In this document: positions 33,323 through 42,971 of the stretch, one piece after another
Numbering within the stretch: the stretch's first letter is position 1
Layout: each line of letters begins with the position of its first letter
NCBI GenBank assembly: GCA_963778645.1
Contig: CAVZVH010000019.1
Span: 87,424 to 151,423, forward strand
Source of the DNA: an uncultured Chloroflexia bacterium
GTDB lineage: Bacteria; Chloroflexota; Limnocylindria; Limnocylindrales; CSP1-4
DNA: 64,000 nt
Direction: 5' to 3'
Position numbers and translations under genes: made by a program
The notes under the pieces: model-generated
The model's input: the letters and a program-made list of their open reading frames with translations, nothing else
What the model was told of the DNA's origin: nothing
The model's database searches: none

Positions 33323-34176
33323 CGCCCGGCCTCGGTGTCGCGAGGAGGATCGGCCGGCGGCCCGATGTCCGGCGTCTCGAGGTCTACGTGCGCACCAGGC
33401 ATCGCATAGCGCTCTGCCGACGCCGACGTGCCCAGCGGTGCCGTTTCGTGCGCCGCGCTCATCGGGATGGCCAGCCCGACGGCCGGGCCGAGGATCCCGC
33501 CGGCGACGATGCCGATCGACGGGCTGGTCAGCAAGGCGACCACGACGGCGATCCCCGCCCCGACGATCGCCGCCACGAGCTCGCGTCTCCCGGTGATGAG
33601 GCCGACGGCGAGCCCGACCATCGCGGCCGGAAAGATGATGTCGATCCCGAAGCGCGCCGGGTCCGGGATCTGGCCACCGAGGATGACGCCGGCGATCGTC
33701 GCCAGATTCCAGGGGATGAAGGTCGCGCCGACCGCGGCCACCCAGAATCCCCACTCGTCGGTCCGGCCGATCCGACGGAAGTGACCGATGGCCAGCGCGA
33801 ATGCCTCGTCGGTGAGCAGGTGGGCCATCACCGCCCGGCGGGGGAAGGGCACGTCGCGCAGCCACGGGCGGAGCGCGGCGGAATACAGCAGGTGCCGGGC
33901 GTTGAGGAGGCCCGTGAGCAGGACGACGCCCGGCCAAGCCAGGCCGCTGGCCACGTAACCGACGGCCGCGAACTGGGCCGCCCCCGCGAAGACGATCGTG
34001 CTCATCGCGATCGCCTCGATGGGCGAGAAACCAGCATCACGGGCGGACAGGCCGTAGACGAAGCCGAACCCGATCGCGGAGACCGCGATCCCGATCCCTT
34101 CCGTGATCAGGCGCCGACGACTCGCCCCGAAGTCCGTGGTCGCGGTCGCGGTGCCGGTCGCGGCTTCGTCGCTCAG
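33319..34176 (-). CDS. azlC: AzlC-family branched-chain amino acid exporter
   Basis: MSTIVFAGAAQFA, LNARHLLYS, HLLTDEAFA; start appears to be CTG. Confidence 0.88.
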   Translation of the reverse strand: MSDEAATGTATATTDFGASRRRLITEGIGIAVSAIGFGFVYGLSARDAGFSPIEAIAMSTIVFAGAAQFAAVGYVASGLAWPGVVLLTGLLNARHLLYSAALRPWLRDVPFPRRAVMAHLLTDEAFALAIGHFRRIGRTDEWGFWVAAVGATFIPWNLATIAGVILGGQIPDPARFGIDIIFPAAMVGLAVGLITGRRELVAAIVGAGIAVVVALLTSPSIGIVAGGILGPAVGLAIPMSAAHETAPLGTSASAERYAMPGAHVDLETPDIGPPADPPRDTEAGR

Positions 34177-34445
34177 CGCAGGAAGGTCTTGGCGCAGGTC
34201 CCGTCGCACACGACGTATACGGCGTGCTTCTCGAGCGCGTACCCGGCGGTATGGAGCAGGCCCGGACAACCCGGCGTCGGGCACTTCCAGACCCACCATC
34301 GTGGGTCGTCGCCCAGCGGCGTCGTCTCGGCCGCGAGGGTACCGGCCAGCTCGGTCCGCACCGCCACGAGCGAGGCGATGCTCGAGGCGCGTTCGTCCTC
34401 GGTCTCGCTGGTGTACGGGTAGTTCTGGCTGATGTTCGAGGTCAC
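34173..34445 (-). CDS. Small Cys-rich hypothetical protein (90 aa, possible Zn ribbon)
   Basis: GGGGGAGAG RBS with GTG start; WKCPTPGC...VCDGTC. Confidence 0.7.
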   Translation of the reverse strand: MTSNISQNYPYTSETEDERASSIASLVAVRTELAGTLAAETTPLGDDPRWWVWKCPTPGCPGLLHTAGYALEKHAVYVVCDGTCAKTFLR

Positions 34446-34592
34446 GTGCTCTCCCCCGACGGCGCGCTCCGGACGTTCGGCGCCGGTGGCGGCTTCGTGT
34501 GAGCGCAGCCCGCCACCGGCGGCCCCGAGTATACCCGTCGTGCGAACAAATCCCGCCATGGCCGGCCCGGACGCCGCGCTGGACGCTTCGCG

Positions 34593-36263
34593 CTACCAGA
34601 CGGCCGGCAGGCCCGCGCTGCGTGGGTCGGTGGCGGCAGCGACGGAGCCCTCGGGCGCAGCCGGACCGCCGGCGACGCATTCGATGGCGTGCTCGTGTCC
34701 GAGGGTGGAATCGAACGGCTCGGTCGGGATCAATGGATGGCCCATCGCCTCCAGCGCCTCGGCGACCCCGGGGGCGTGCCGCGGTTCGAGCCGCACGTCG
34801 AGGGGCGGGGCGAAGTGGTCGGCGGGTTCCACGAACCAGCGCGGCGCCGCGACGGCCGTGGCGATGTCGACCCCGCCATCGACCAGGGCCGAGACCAGCT
34901 GGGCGTGGATCTGTGGCTGTGCGTCGCCGCCCATCGATCCGGCGACGACCCATGGGCCGGGCTGACCATCCTGGAACAGCATCCCGGGGAGCAGCGTGTG
35001 GAGGGTCCGTTTGCCCGGCGCGAGGCGGTTCGGATGTCGCTCGTCGAGGCTGAAGTAGCTCCCCCGATTCTGATAATGGATGCCGGTCCCGGCGTCGACG
35101 ACGCCCGAGCCGAAACCCATGTAGTTCGACTCGATCAGGCTCACGGCGTTGCCCTCGCCGTCGACGACCGCGAGGTAGATCGTCCCGCCACCGATCGGGT
35201 TGGTCAAGGCGGCCGGTCGTGCGGCGCGCCGCGGGTCGATCCGCGCCGCGAGCTCGGCGGCATGCGCCGGGTCGATGAGGTGGTCGACGGGCACGGTCTC
35301 GACGGCGGGATCGGTCACGTAGGCGTCGCGGTCGGCCATCGCCAGCTTCGCGGCTTCGATCCCGATGTGGATCCAGGCCGGGTCGGACACGCCGGCCGGC
35401 CCGAAGGCGTCGCGGACCGGGGGCTCGAACTGCGAAAGGATCGAGAGGAGCTCCAGGGCGACGACGCCAGAGCTGTTCGGCGGATGGGTCGTCACCCGAA
35501 CGCCCCGGTAGTCGATCTCGATCGGCGCCGCGCGCGTCGAGGTGTGGGTGCGAAGGTCGGCCGCGGTGACGAGCGCTCCGACGTCCGCCAGCGTCCGCGA
35601 CTGGCGCTCGCCCAGATCGCCCTCGTAGAACGCGTCGAAGCCGTCACGAGCCAGGACCTCCAGGGTCGAGGCAAGGGCGGGCAGTCGGACTCGCTCACCC
35701 GGTCGCCACGGGCGCCCATGAGGCCGAAAGACCTCGAGGAATCCGGCCTCGGGGCCGAGGTCGCGAGCGACGAGCGGCGCGGTCCGCTCGACGGAGCCGA
35801 TGAACCCATCCCAGGCCGGGAAGCCGTTCCGGGCCAGCTCGATGGCCGGGGCGAGGATCGCGTCGCGCGACAGTCGCCCGGCCGCGGCGTGGGCATCGCC
35901 CCACGAGCGGACGGCGCCCGGCACCGTGATCGTCAGTGGCCCCCGCCGCGGCAGCTCGGTCAGGCCGGTCGCGCGGAGCCAGCCGGCATCGGCGCGGGAA
36001 CCCGCCCGCCCCGACCCGTTGAGGGCCTCCTGCCGGCCGGTCGCCGCGTCCCACGTCAGCCAGAAAGCGTCGCCGCCGATGCCGCAACCGCTGGGCATGA
36101 CCACGGCCAGCGCGGCGTTCGTGGCGATCGCGGCGTCGACGGCCGAGCCACCGGCCCGAAGCACGCCGAGGCCGGCCCCCGTGGCGAGGTGATGTGGCGC
36201 GACCACGGCACCCCGGGCGCCCCGAGCGATGGGGACCGGCGCCCAAGGCCGCTCGGCGGTCAT
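34593..36263 (-). CDS. ggt: Gamma-glutamyltransferase family protein
   Basis: GGSAVDAAIA, GIGGDAF, LNGSG, TVPGAV, PPNSSG, GGTIYL cleavage Thr, GSMGGDAQPQ, DPRS. Confidence 0.93.
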   Translation of the reverse strand: MTAERPWAPVPIARGARGAVVAPHHLATGAGLGVLRAGGSAVDAAIATNAALAVVMPSGCGIGGDAFWLTWDAATGRQEALNGSGRAGSRADAGWLRATGLTELPRRGPLTITVPGAVRSWGDAHAAAGRLSRDAILAPAIELARNGFPAWDGFIGSVERTAPLVARDLGPEAGFLEVFRPHGRPWRPGERVRLPALASTLEVLARDGFDAFYEGDLGERQSRTLADVGALVTAADLRTHTSTRAAPIEIDYRGVRVTTHPPNSSGVVALELLSILSQFEPPVRDAFGPAGVSDPAWIHIGIEAAKLAMADRDAYVTDPAVETVPVDHLIDPAHAAELAARIDPRRAARPAALTNPIGGGTIYLAVVDGEGNAVSLIESNYMGFGSGVVDAGTGIHYQNRGSYFSLDERHPNRLAPGKRTLHTLLPGMLFQDGQPGPWVVAGSMGGDAQPQIHAQLVSALVDGGVDIATAVAAPRWFVEPADHFAPPLDVRLEPRHAPGVAEALEAMGHPLIPTEPFDSTLGHEHAIECVAGGPAAPEGSVAAATDPRSAGLPAVW

Positions 36264-37564
36264 GCCGGCGACACGTCGTCGAACGATGCCGCGGTGCCCG
36301 GACCGCCGACGTAGTGCTCCTGGGATCGCAGTTGGGCGAGCGGCAGCAGCGCGATGAGCAGCATCGCCATCGTGGCGATCAACAGCCCGTCGATGCCGCG
36401 CCAGTCGGCCGCGACGCCGCCCACGAGCGCGCCCACGATCTGGCCGATCGCGAGGAACACGCCGTAGAGGCCCATGATCGCCCCGCGATCGTCGGGGAAC
36501 CGCTCGGAGATGTCGGCGAGGAGACCGAGCGCCGCCGGGGTCGCCCCGGCCAGGACGAACAGACCGAAACCCGCGGCGATCAGCCCGGCCAGGGCCACCA
36601 ACGGCGACACGCCGGCGCCGTGGTTGATCGCCAACCCGCCGAGCACCAGCACCGCGCCGCCCAGGATGCCGTACAGGATGATCGTCGTTCGACGCAAGTT
36701 CCGGAACCGATTGCCCCAGTAGATGAGGCCGGCGCCGAACAGCAGCCCGATGACGACGGCCGCCAGCGAGATCTGTATCGGGCTGAATCCCTGCAGCAGG
36801 AACTGGTCGGGAAAGCGCGGGTCGGCCTTCGAGAACTGGAAGATCGACTGACTGAACCACAGGCCGATCGAGGCGTTGATCGCGATCCAGGTCGGGGCAA
36901 GCAGCCAGACGTGGGAGCTCCGCAGGAGGGCGCCATACCGGCGCCACTCGATCCGCTGGCTGCCCCCAGCCGCCGTGCGCGAGGCCCGCTCCGCGGCGTC
37001 GTGGTCGGCGACGCCATAGCGATAGATGAGGAACGAGACGCCGTAGAACGCCGCGTTCAGGAAGAAGGCGACCGGGCCGAGAGCGGCGAACAGGAGCGGC
37101 GCGACCGCGAAGCCGACACCGATGCCGGCGAGGGTGGCGCCTTCGAAGCGCGCGGCGGCCTTGCCCCGAAGCAGCTCGTTACCGGCGGTCACGGCCGCGA
37201 GGTAGCCGAGGATCGAGGGGATGCTGGCCGCGGTCGAGGCGCCTTCGAGCAGGCGGGTGCCGCCCAGCAGGAGCAGGTTGGTCGTCAGTCCGGTCAGGAT
37301 CACAGCCACCGCGCCGAAGGCAGGCCCGAACAACATGACCCGGTGGTGTCCGAGCCGGTCGGACAGCAACCCGAAGAACGGGGAAAGGAGGAGCTCGGCC
37401 CCATAGAACGCGGCATGCAACAGGGCGATGGTCGTCGCCGCCACCACCGGCCCGCCGTGATCCGGGAGCTCGGCGAGGTAGGCGCTCAACATGGCACCCG
37501 TCAGGCCGGTGCTGAATCGAAGCGTGAAGGTGCCGGCCAGCACGGCCCACAACGAGCGATCCAT
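36260..37564 (-). CDS. MFS transporter
   Basis: GLLSDRLGHHR motif A; about 12 TM helices; TACGCT 7 nt upstream. Confidence 0.88.
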   Translation of the reverse strand: MDRSLWAVLAGTFTLRFSTGLTGAMLSAYLAELPDHGGPVVAATTIALLHAAFYGAELLLSPFFGLLSDRLGHHRVMLFGPAFGAVAVILTGLTTNLLLLGGTRLLEGASTAASIPSILGYLAAVTAGNELLRGKAAARFEGATLAGIGVGFAVAPLLFAALGPVAFFLNAAFYGVSFLIYRYGVADHDAAERASRTAAGGSQRIEWRRYGALLRSSHVWLLAPTWIAINASIGLWFSQSIFQFSKADPRFPDQFLLQGFSPIQISLAAVVIGLLFGAGLIYWGNRFRNLRRTTIILYGILGGAVLVLGGLAINHGAGVSPLVALAGLIAAGFGLFVLAGATPAALGLLADISERFPDDRGAIMGLYGVFLAIGQIVGALVGGVAADWRGIDGLLIATMAMLLIALLPLAQLRSQEHYVGGPGTAASFDDVSPA

Positions 37565-37670
37565 CGGCCAAAGCGTAGCCGCTCGCCGACCCGCGGGCAC
37601 CGACACCGGGCTGGACCCCGCCCGTATCATGCCCGCAACGTCCCGGCCAGCCGCGCGAGGAGGAACACCC

Positions 37671-38519
37671 TTGAGCCGCGTCGCGATCTTCACCGATTCG
37701 GCCTCGGACATGGATCCGGCCGACGCCGAGGCCGAGGGGATCACCGTCATCCCGCTCCTCGTCAATTTCGGTCCCGAGACGTTCAAGGCCGGCACGGAGC
37801 TGTCGGCCGACGCCTTCTGGGAGCGGATGGTGGCCCCGGATGCGCCGTTTCCCACCACGGCCGCCTCCTCGCCGGGCGAGTTCAAGGAGGCCTACGAGGT
37901 CGCCTTCGAGGGTGGCGCCGAAGCGATCGTCTCGATCCACGTGGCGGGAACCCTGTCGGCCACGATCAAGAGCGCCCAGATCGCGCGCGACATGCTGCCC
38001 GACCGGGAGATCCACGTCGTCGATTCGCTGGGTGCCTCGATGGCCGAGGGGATCCTGGCGCGGATGGGTATCGAGATGGCCGCCGAGGACCGACCCGCCT
38101 CCGAGATCGCCGAGACGCTCGAGGCGCGCGCGCCGGACATGCGGATGTACGTTGCCCTCGAGACCCTCGAGTACCTCCGCAAGGGTGGTCGCATCTCGGG
38201 CGCCCAGGCGGCCATCGGGACGCTGCTGTCGGTCAAGCCGATCATCGCGGTCGAGCACGGCGTGGTCGAAACGGCCGATCGCGTCCGCACGCGTGCGAAG
38301 GCACGGGAGCGCGTCATCGAGCTGATCTGCCACCGGCCGATCGAGCGCCTGGCGATCCTGCACACCGTGACCCCGGACGTCGAGGGCTTCCGGGATGAGC
38401 TCCTCGCTCGCGCACCCGACCTCGACCCGGCGGGCGTCACGATCCACCTGGTCGGGCCGTCGGTCGGGCCGCACCTCGGCCCGGGCTGCGTTGGAGCCGC
38501 GGTGTTGTACCGGGCCTGA
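37671..38519 (+). CDS. DegV family fatty-acid-binding protein
   Basis: FTDSASD, PTTAASSPGEF, VVDS, LEYLRKGGRI, LLSVKPII, HLGPG. Confidence 0.93.
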   Translation: MSRVAIFTDSASDMDPADAEAEGITVIPLLVNFGPETFKAGTELSADAFWERMVAPDAPFPTTAASSPGEFKEAYEVAFEGGAEAIVSIHVAGTLSATIKSAQIARDMLPDREIHVVDSLGASMAEGILARMGIEMAAEDRPASEIAETLEARAPDMRMYVALETLEYLRKGGRISGAQAAIGTLLSVKPIIAVEHGVVETADRVRTRAKARERVIELICHRPIERLAILHTVTPDVEGFRDELLARAPDLDPAGVTIHLVGPSVGPHLGPGCVGAAVLYRA

Positions 38520-38541
38520 CCGGGCAGGCAGGATCAGCTCG

Positions 38542-39195
38542 ATGGACTGCTGCTCACCCGGCGACTCCCCGCTCGATCGCCAGTTCGACGCCCGTCACGC
38601 GGCCGAGCATCTCCGCGCCTACCGCAAGGACGGCCCGGCCGCCCTGACGCGCGCCCTGATCGATGCGCTTGCGGCGGGCGGTGTCCACGGGCGCACGGTC
38701 CTCGACGTCGGCGGAGGCGTGGGCGCGGTCCACCACGAGCTCCTGCGATCGGGGGCGGCCACCGCCACCGACGTGGACGCCTCGCGCGCCTACATCGCGG
38801 TGGCCCGGGAGGAAGCCGAGCGACAGGGCCACCTGGACCGCGTCCGATACGTGACCGGCGACTTCGTCGCGCACGCGGATGAGGTCGAATCGGCCGATCT
38901 CGTCGCGCTAGACCGAGTCATCTGCTGCTACCCGGACATGGTCTCCCTCGTGGGTCGAACGGCGGCCCTGGCGCGACGTCGGTATGGCCTGGTCTACCCG
39001 CGTGACACGTGGCTCGGTCGGATCGGCATCGCGGTCCTGAATGTCGGGTTCCGTCTGTCGCGGTCGCCGTATCGTGCCTATGTCCATCGAACCGCCGAGG
39101 TCGAGGCGATCATCGCCACGCACGGTCTCGTCAAGCGGCTCCACCGCACGACGTTGTTCTGGCAGCTCGCGCTCTACGAGCGGCCGGCCGCGTGA
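38542..39195 (+). CDS. Class I SAM-dependent methyltransferase
   Basis: VLDVGGGVG, GDFV, DLVALDRVICCYPD. Confidence 0.88.
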   Translation: MDCCSPGDSPLDRQFDARHAAEHLRAYRKDGPAALTRALIDALAAGGVHGRTVLDVGGGVGAVHHELLRSGAATATDVDASRAYIAVAREEAERQGHLDRVRYVTGDFVAHADEVESADLVALDRVICCYPDMVSLVGRTAALARRRYGLVYPRDTWLGRIGIAVLNVGFRLSRSPYRAYVHRTAEVEAIIATHGLVKRLHRTTLFWQLALYERPAA

Positions 39196-39223
39196 CCGAT
39201 CGCTGGATCCGGCAGGGTTGCAC

Positions 39224-39256
39224 CAAGGTTGCGACAACCTTGCCGACCGGTACCAT
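39224..39256 (+). promoter_or_regulatory. Perfect inverted repeat overlapping a putative gdh promoter
   Basis: CAAGGTTG-CGA-CAACCTTG at 39224-39242; TTGCGA-N16-TACCAT. Confidence 0.55.
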
Positions 39257-39433
39257 CGGGGAGACGTCCATCGGACCTCTCGGGATATACTCGGCGGCGC
39301 ATGAGTCGCGCATCGTGGAGTCGGCTGCACCGTCAGAACCCACTCGATGCGCCCCGTGGGGTCGTCCGGGAGACGACCCACACCGACGAGGTGGCGCCGG
39401 AGCGCCGCCCGAGACGATGAGGTTCCCTCTTCC

Positions 39434-40699
39434 ATGACGACCGAGCACGTCGCGGCCGCGATCAACCCGTGGGAAGTCGCCCAGCGGCAGTTCGACCTGG
39501 CCGCCGAGCGGCTGAACCTGGACCACGGCCTGCGCCAGGTCCTGCGCGAGCCAAGGCGCGAATTCACCTGCCATTTTCCCGTCCATATGGACGATGGATC
39601 GGTCCAGGTCTTCACCGGCTATCGCGTCCAGCACAACCTGGGCCGCGGTCCCGCCAAGGGCGGTCTGCGTTACCACCAGGACGTGACCCTCGACGAGGTC
39701 AAGGCCCTGGCGATGTGGATGACCTGGAAGTGCGCGGTCGTCGGCATCCCGTACGGCGGCGGCAAGGGCGGCGTCGTCGTCGACCCGAAGCAGCTCAGCC
39801 AGAAGGAGCTCGAAGGACTGACCCGCCGCTTCGCGACCGAGATCGAGGTCCTGATCGGCCCGGAGCGCGATATCCCGGCACCCGACGTCAACACGAACGC
39901 GCAAGTGATGGCCTGGATCATGGACACCTACTCCATGCACCAGGGCTACACGGTCCCCGGCGTCGTCACCGGCAAGCCGATCAGCCTGGGCGGATCCGAA
40001 GGTCGCTATGAGGCGACGGCCCGTGGCTGCGTCTACACGATCGTGGAGGCCAGCCGCCACATGGGCATGGACCTCAAGGCCGCGCGAGTCTCGGTCCAGG
40101 GCTTCGGCAACGCCGGGTCGATCGCGGCCAGGCTCATCTCCGAGGAGGGCGCGACGGTCGTCGCGGTGTCCGACTCGACGGGCGGCATCCACGACCCAAG
40201 TGGCCTCGACATCGCCAAGGTCGTCGTCTGGAAGCAGGAGCACGGGACGGTCCAGGGCTTCCCCGGTGCGACCGACATCACGAACGCCGAGATCCTCGAG
40301 GTCGACTGCGACATCCTCATCCCGGCCGCCCTCGAGAACCAGATCACGAGCCGGAACGCGGGCCGGATCAAGGCCCGCATGATCGCCGAGGCCGCGAACG
40401 GACCGACGACGCCCGAAGCCGACGCGGAGCTCTTCCGACGTGGCGTCTTCATGATCCCCGACATCCTGTGCAACGCCGGCGGCGTCACCGTGAGCTACTT
40501 CGAGTGGGTCCAGGACCTCAACCGCGACCACTGGAGCGAGGTCGTCGTCAACGAGAAGCTCCACGGCATCATGATCAAGGCCTTTGGCGAGACGCTCGCG
40601 ATCGCCGAGCGAGAGTCATGCGATATGCGGACGGCCGCCTACCTGCTGGCCGTGGACCGCGTGGCCGACGCGATGGACATGCGCGGGCTGTACCCATAG
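39434..40699 (+). CDS. gdhA: Glu/Leu/Phe/Val dehydrogenase (glutamate dehydrogenase)
   Basis: GPAKGGLRY, MTWKCA, GGGKGG, DIPAPD, VTGKP, QGFGNAG, EAANGP, NAGGVTVSYFEW. Confidence 0.95.
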   Translation: MTTEHVAAAINPWEVAQRQFDLAAERLNLDHGLRQVLREPRREFTCHFPVHMDDGSVQVFTGYRVQHNLGRGPAKGGLRYHQDVTLDEVKALAMWMTWKCAVVGIPYGGGKGGVVVDPKQLSQKELEGLTRRFATEIEVLIGPERDIPAPDVNTNAQVMAWIMDTYSMHQGYTVPGVVTGKPISLGGSEGRYEATARGCVYTIVEASRHMGMDLKAARVSVQGFGNAGSIAARLISEEGATVVAVSDSTGGIHDPSGLDIAKVVVWKQEHGTVQGFPGATDITNAEILEVDCDILIPAALENQITSRNAGRIKARMIAEAANGPTTPEADAELFRRGVFMIPDILCNAGGVTVSYFEWVQDLNRDHWSEVVVNEKLHGIMIKAFGETLAIAERESCDMRTAAYLLAVDRVADAMDMRGLYP

Positions 40700-40725
40700 A
40701 GGGACCGCGCAAGGACGACGCAGGG

Positions 40726-42306
40726 TTGGACGGGCTCGCCACCGTCTCCGTCATCATCCCGGTCTGGAACGCCGAACGCTACCTCCGTGAGTGCCTCGAT
40801 TCGGTCGTCGGACAGTCGATCGGGCTCGATCGTCTCGAGGTCATCGCCGTCGACGACGGCTCGACGGACGGCAGCACCGCAGTGCTCGATGACTACGCGG
40901 CGCGCCACCCGCAGATCTCCGTCATCCGCGAGCCCAACTCGGGCGGCCCGGGCCGGCCTCGAAACGTCGGCCTGGACCATGCCACCGGCACGTACGTCTT
41001 CTTCCTCGATGCCGACGACTATCTCGGCCGCGAGGCGCTCGAACGCGTCGTCGCGATGGCGGAACGAAACTCGTCCGACATCGTCCTTGGCAAGATGGTC
41101 GGCGTCGGCGGGCGTCGGGTGCCCATGCGGGCGTTCCACAAGAACCTCGATCGTGCGCGCGTCGACCAGGTCTACAGTTCGCTCTCCGCGCTCAAGCTCT
41201 TCCGCCGCGCATTGATCGAGCGGCTTGGACTTCGCTTCGCGGAAGGGGTGGCGGGACACGAGGACGGGCCGTTCACGGCTCAGGCCTATCTCGAGTCCGA
41301 TGGGATCTCGGTCGTCGCCGACTACGCCTGCTATTACGCCCGTGCGAGCAGTCGGAGCCGGCCGGTGGTCGACCTCCTCGACTATCTCGAGGGCATCGCG
41401 CTGCGGGTGGAAACCCTGGCTCGCCACCGCGAAGCGGGAGCCGGCCGAGATCGCCTGATGGCCAGGCACATCGACGATGTCGTGCGGGCGTTCTCCCCGC
41501 GCTGGCTGGCGCTGGAGCCGGAGGAACGACGACGGGTCTACGAGGCGGGATCGAACCTGATCAAGCGCTGGCACACCGACCGGATCCAGCGCACGTTCGC
41601 GCCGCAGGATGCGATCCGCGCGCACTGCCTGGGGCACGGCCTGGCCACGGAACTCGAAGACATCGTCGGCTGTCCGCCCTCGACCGTCTTCGGTGATCCG
41701 GTCGTGGAGGGGCACCGAGTGTTCGCGCGGTACCCGCACTTTCGGGACGCCTCTGGCATCCCCGACAGCTGCTTCGAGATCACGGACCTGATCGCGCCGC
41801 GCCAACGGGTGACTCGATTGGTCGTGGCGGGCTCGACGTTGTCCCTCTCCGGCGAGGCGTTTCTGAAGTACCTCGGAGGGTCGACGACGATCCTCCTTCG
41901 CCGTCGGCCCTGGGGTTCGGAGTACCGCTTCCCGACCGAGGCGGTGGCCACCCCCGACCTCAAGGACCGCAATACCCCGTACCCGGATGCCGGGTTCACG
42001 GTCGCGATCGATCTCGCCACGGCGGCGGACGGACGCCCTCTGGCGCCGGGGACGTGGGACGTGCTCATGTCCATCGCCACCAGTCGCGTGCGACGAACGA
42101 GCCCGGTTCGCCCACCGAACGGCGCCGATACGGCCTCCTGGGTGGTCCAGGACGTGCGCAGGAGCGATCCTCGTGTCTCCCTCCGTGTCCCAAAGGCCGG
42201 TGATCCACGCCTGAGCGTGAAGCCCGTGACCCGACTCTCGCGGTGGCTGGAGCGAGGAGAGCAGGTGTACGCGCGACTGCGGCGTCAGCCGCGACGAGCC
42301 CGGTAG
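40726..42306 (+). CDS. Glycosyltransferase family 2 with C-terminal extension; start approximate
   Basis: VSVIIPVWN, VDDGSTD, NSGGPGRPRN, FLDADD, HED. Confidence 0.9.
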   Translation: MDGLATVSVIIPVWNAERYLRECLDSVVGQSIGLDRLEVIAVDDGSTDGSTAVLDDYAARHPQISVIREPNSGGPGRPRNVGLDHATGTYVFFLDADDYLGREALERVVAMAERNSSDIVLGKMVGVGGRRVPMRAFHKNLDRARVDQVYSSLSALKLFRRALIERLGLRFAEGVAGHEDGPFTAQAYLESDGISVVADYACYYARASSRSRPVVDLLDYLEGIALRVETLARHREAGAGRDRLMARHIDDVVRAFSPRWLALEPEERRRVYEAGSNLIKRWHTDRIQRTFAPQDAIRAHCLGHGLATELEDIVGCPPSTVFGDPVVEGHRVFARYPHFRDASGIPDSCFEITDLIAPRQRVTRLVVAGSTLSLSGEAFLKYLGGSTTILLRRRPWGSEYRFPTEAVATPDLKDRNTPYPDAGFTVAIDLATAADGRPLAPGTWDVLMSIATSRVRRTSPVRPPNGADTASWVVQDVRRSDPRVSLRVPKAGDPRLSVKPVTRLSRWLERGEQVYARLRRQPRRAR

Positions 42307-42353
42307 GCGCCGTCGAGGGGGGAACGGACCAACCCGGTGCTACCATCGCCGCC

Positions 42354-42959
42354 ATGCTCGATCACGAAGAGAAATTCCTGTTCAAGGAGGAGATCCTCCA
42401 CCTGGCCAACGCGGTGGCGGAGCCGGGCATCCTCGACAACGTCGAGGACCTGCTGACCGACGTCATCACGAGCCCCCGCTTCGACTCGGAAGTCTTCACC
42501 CTCGAGCGGAGCCTGCAGGTCATGCTCGGGCCGCGCGCCGGGACCACGCTGGTCGGCCTCCTGACCGTGGCGCCGGAGGTCTTCGACGAAGTCGCCGAGG
42601 TGCGCATCCCGTCCGAGGTCCACGAGCGACTGGTCGCCTGGCGCGCCCGGTTCGGCCTCGCCATCGACAACGCCTTGAACTTCCTGAACAACCCGGACGG
42701 CATCCAGGGCCACAACTTCGCCACCCAGATCGCCCACGTCGAGGAGCGGCGCGTCCTGCAGGGACGCCTGACCCTGGTCCGCTACAACAACGAGCCACAG
42801 TTCTTCGTCGCGGACGCCAGCGTGTTCCTGGGTCTCGTGGCCGACATCATGGAACGACTCGGGCCGTACCTCGAGCCGGACGCCGTCGACGCCGAAACGA
42901 TGTCGCGCCTGCGCGATGCCCTGGCGCTGATCGAACGCAAGACCGCTTCGCACCCCTGA
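42354..42959 (+). CDS. Hypothetical protein (201 aa)
   Basis: Strong GC3 codon bias; TGcTACCAT 7 nt upstream of ATG. Confidence 0.8.
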   Translation: MLDHEEKFLFKEEILHLANAVAEPGILDNVEDLLTDVITSPRFDSEVFTLERSLQVMLGPRAGTTLVGLLTVAPEVFDEVAEVRIPSEVHERLVAWRARFGLAIDNALNFLNNPDGIQGHNFATQIAHVEERRVLQGRLTLVRYNNEPQFFVADASVFLGLVADIMERLGPYLEPDAVDAETMSRLRDALALIERKTASHP

Positions 42960-42971
42960 TCGGGGCGCCCG

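Noticed and set aside
38542-39195. bchM, implying phototrophy
   Set aside because: Only generic methyltransferase motifs are present, with no bch genes nearby.
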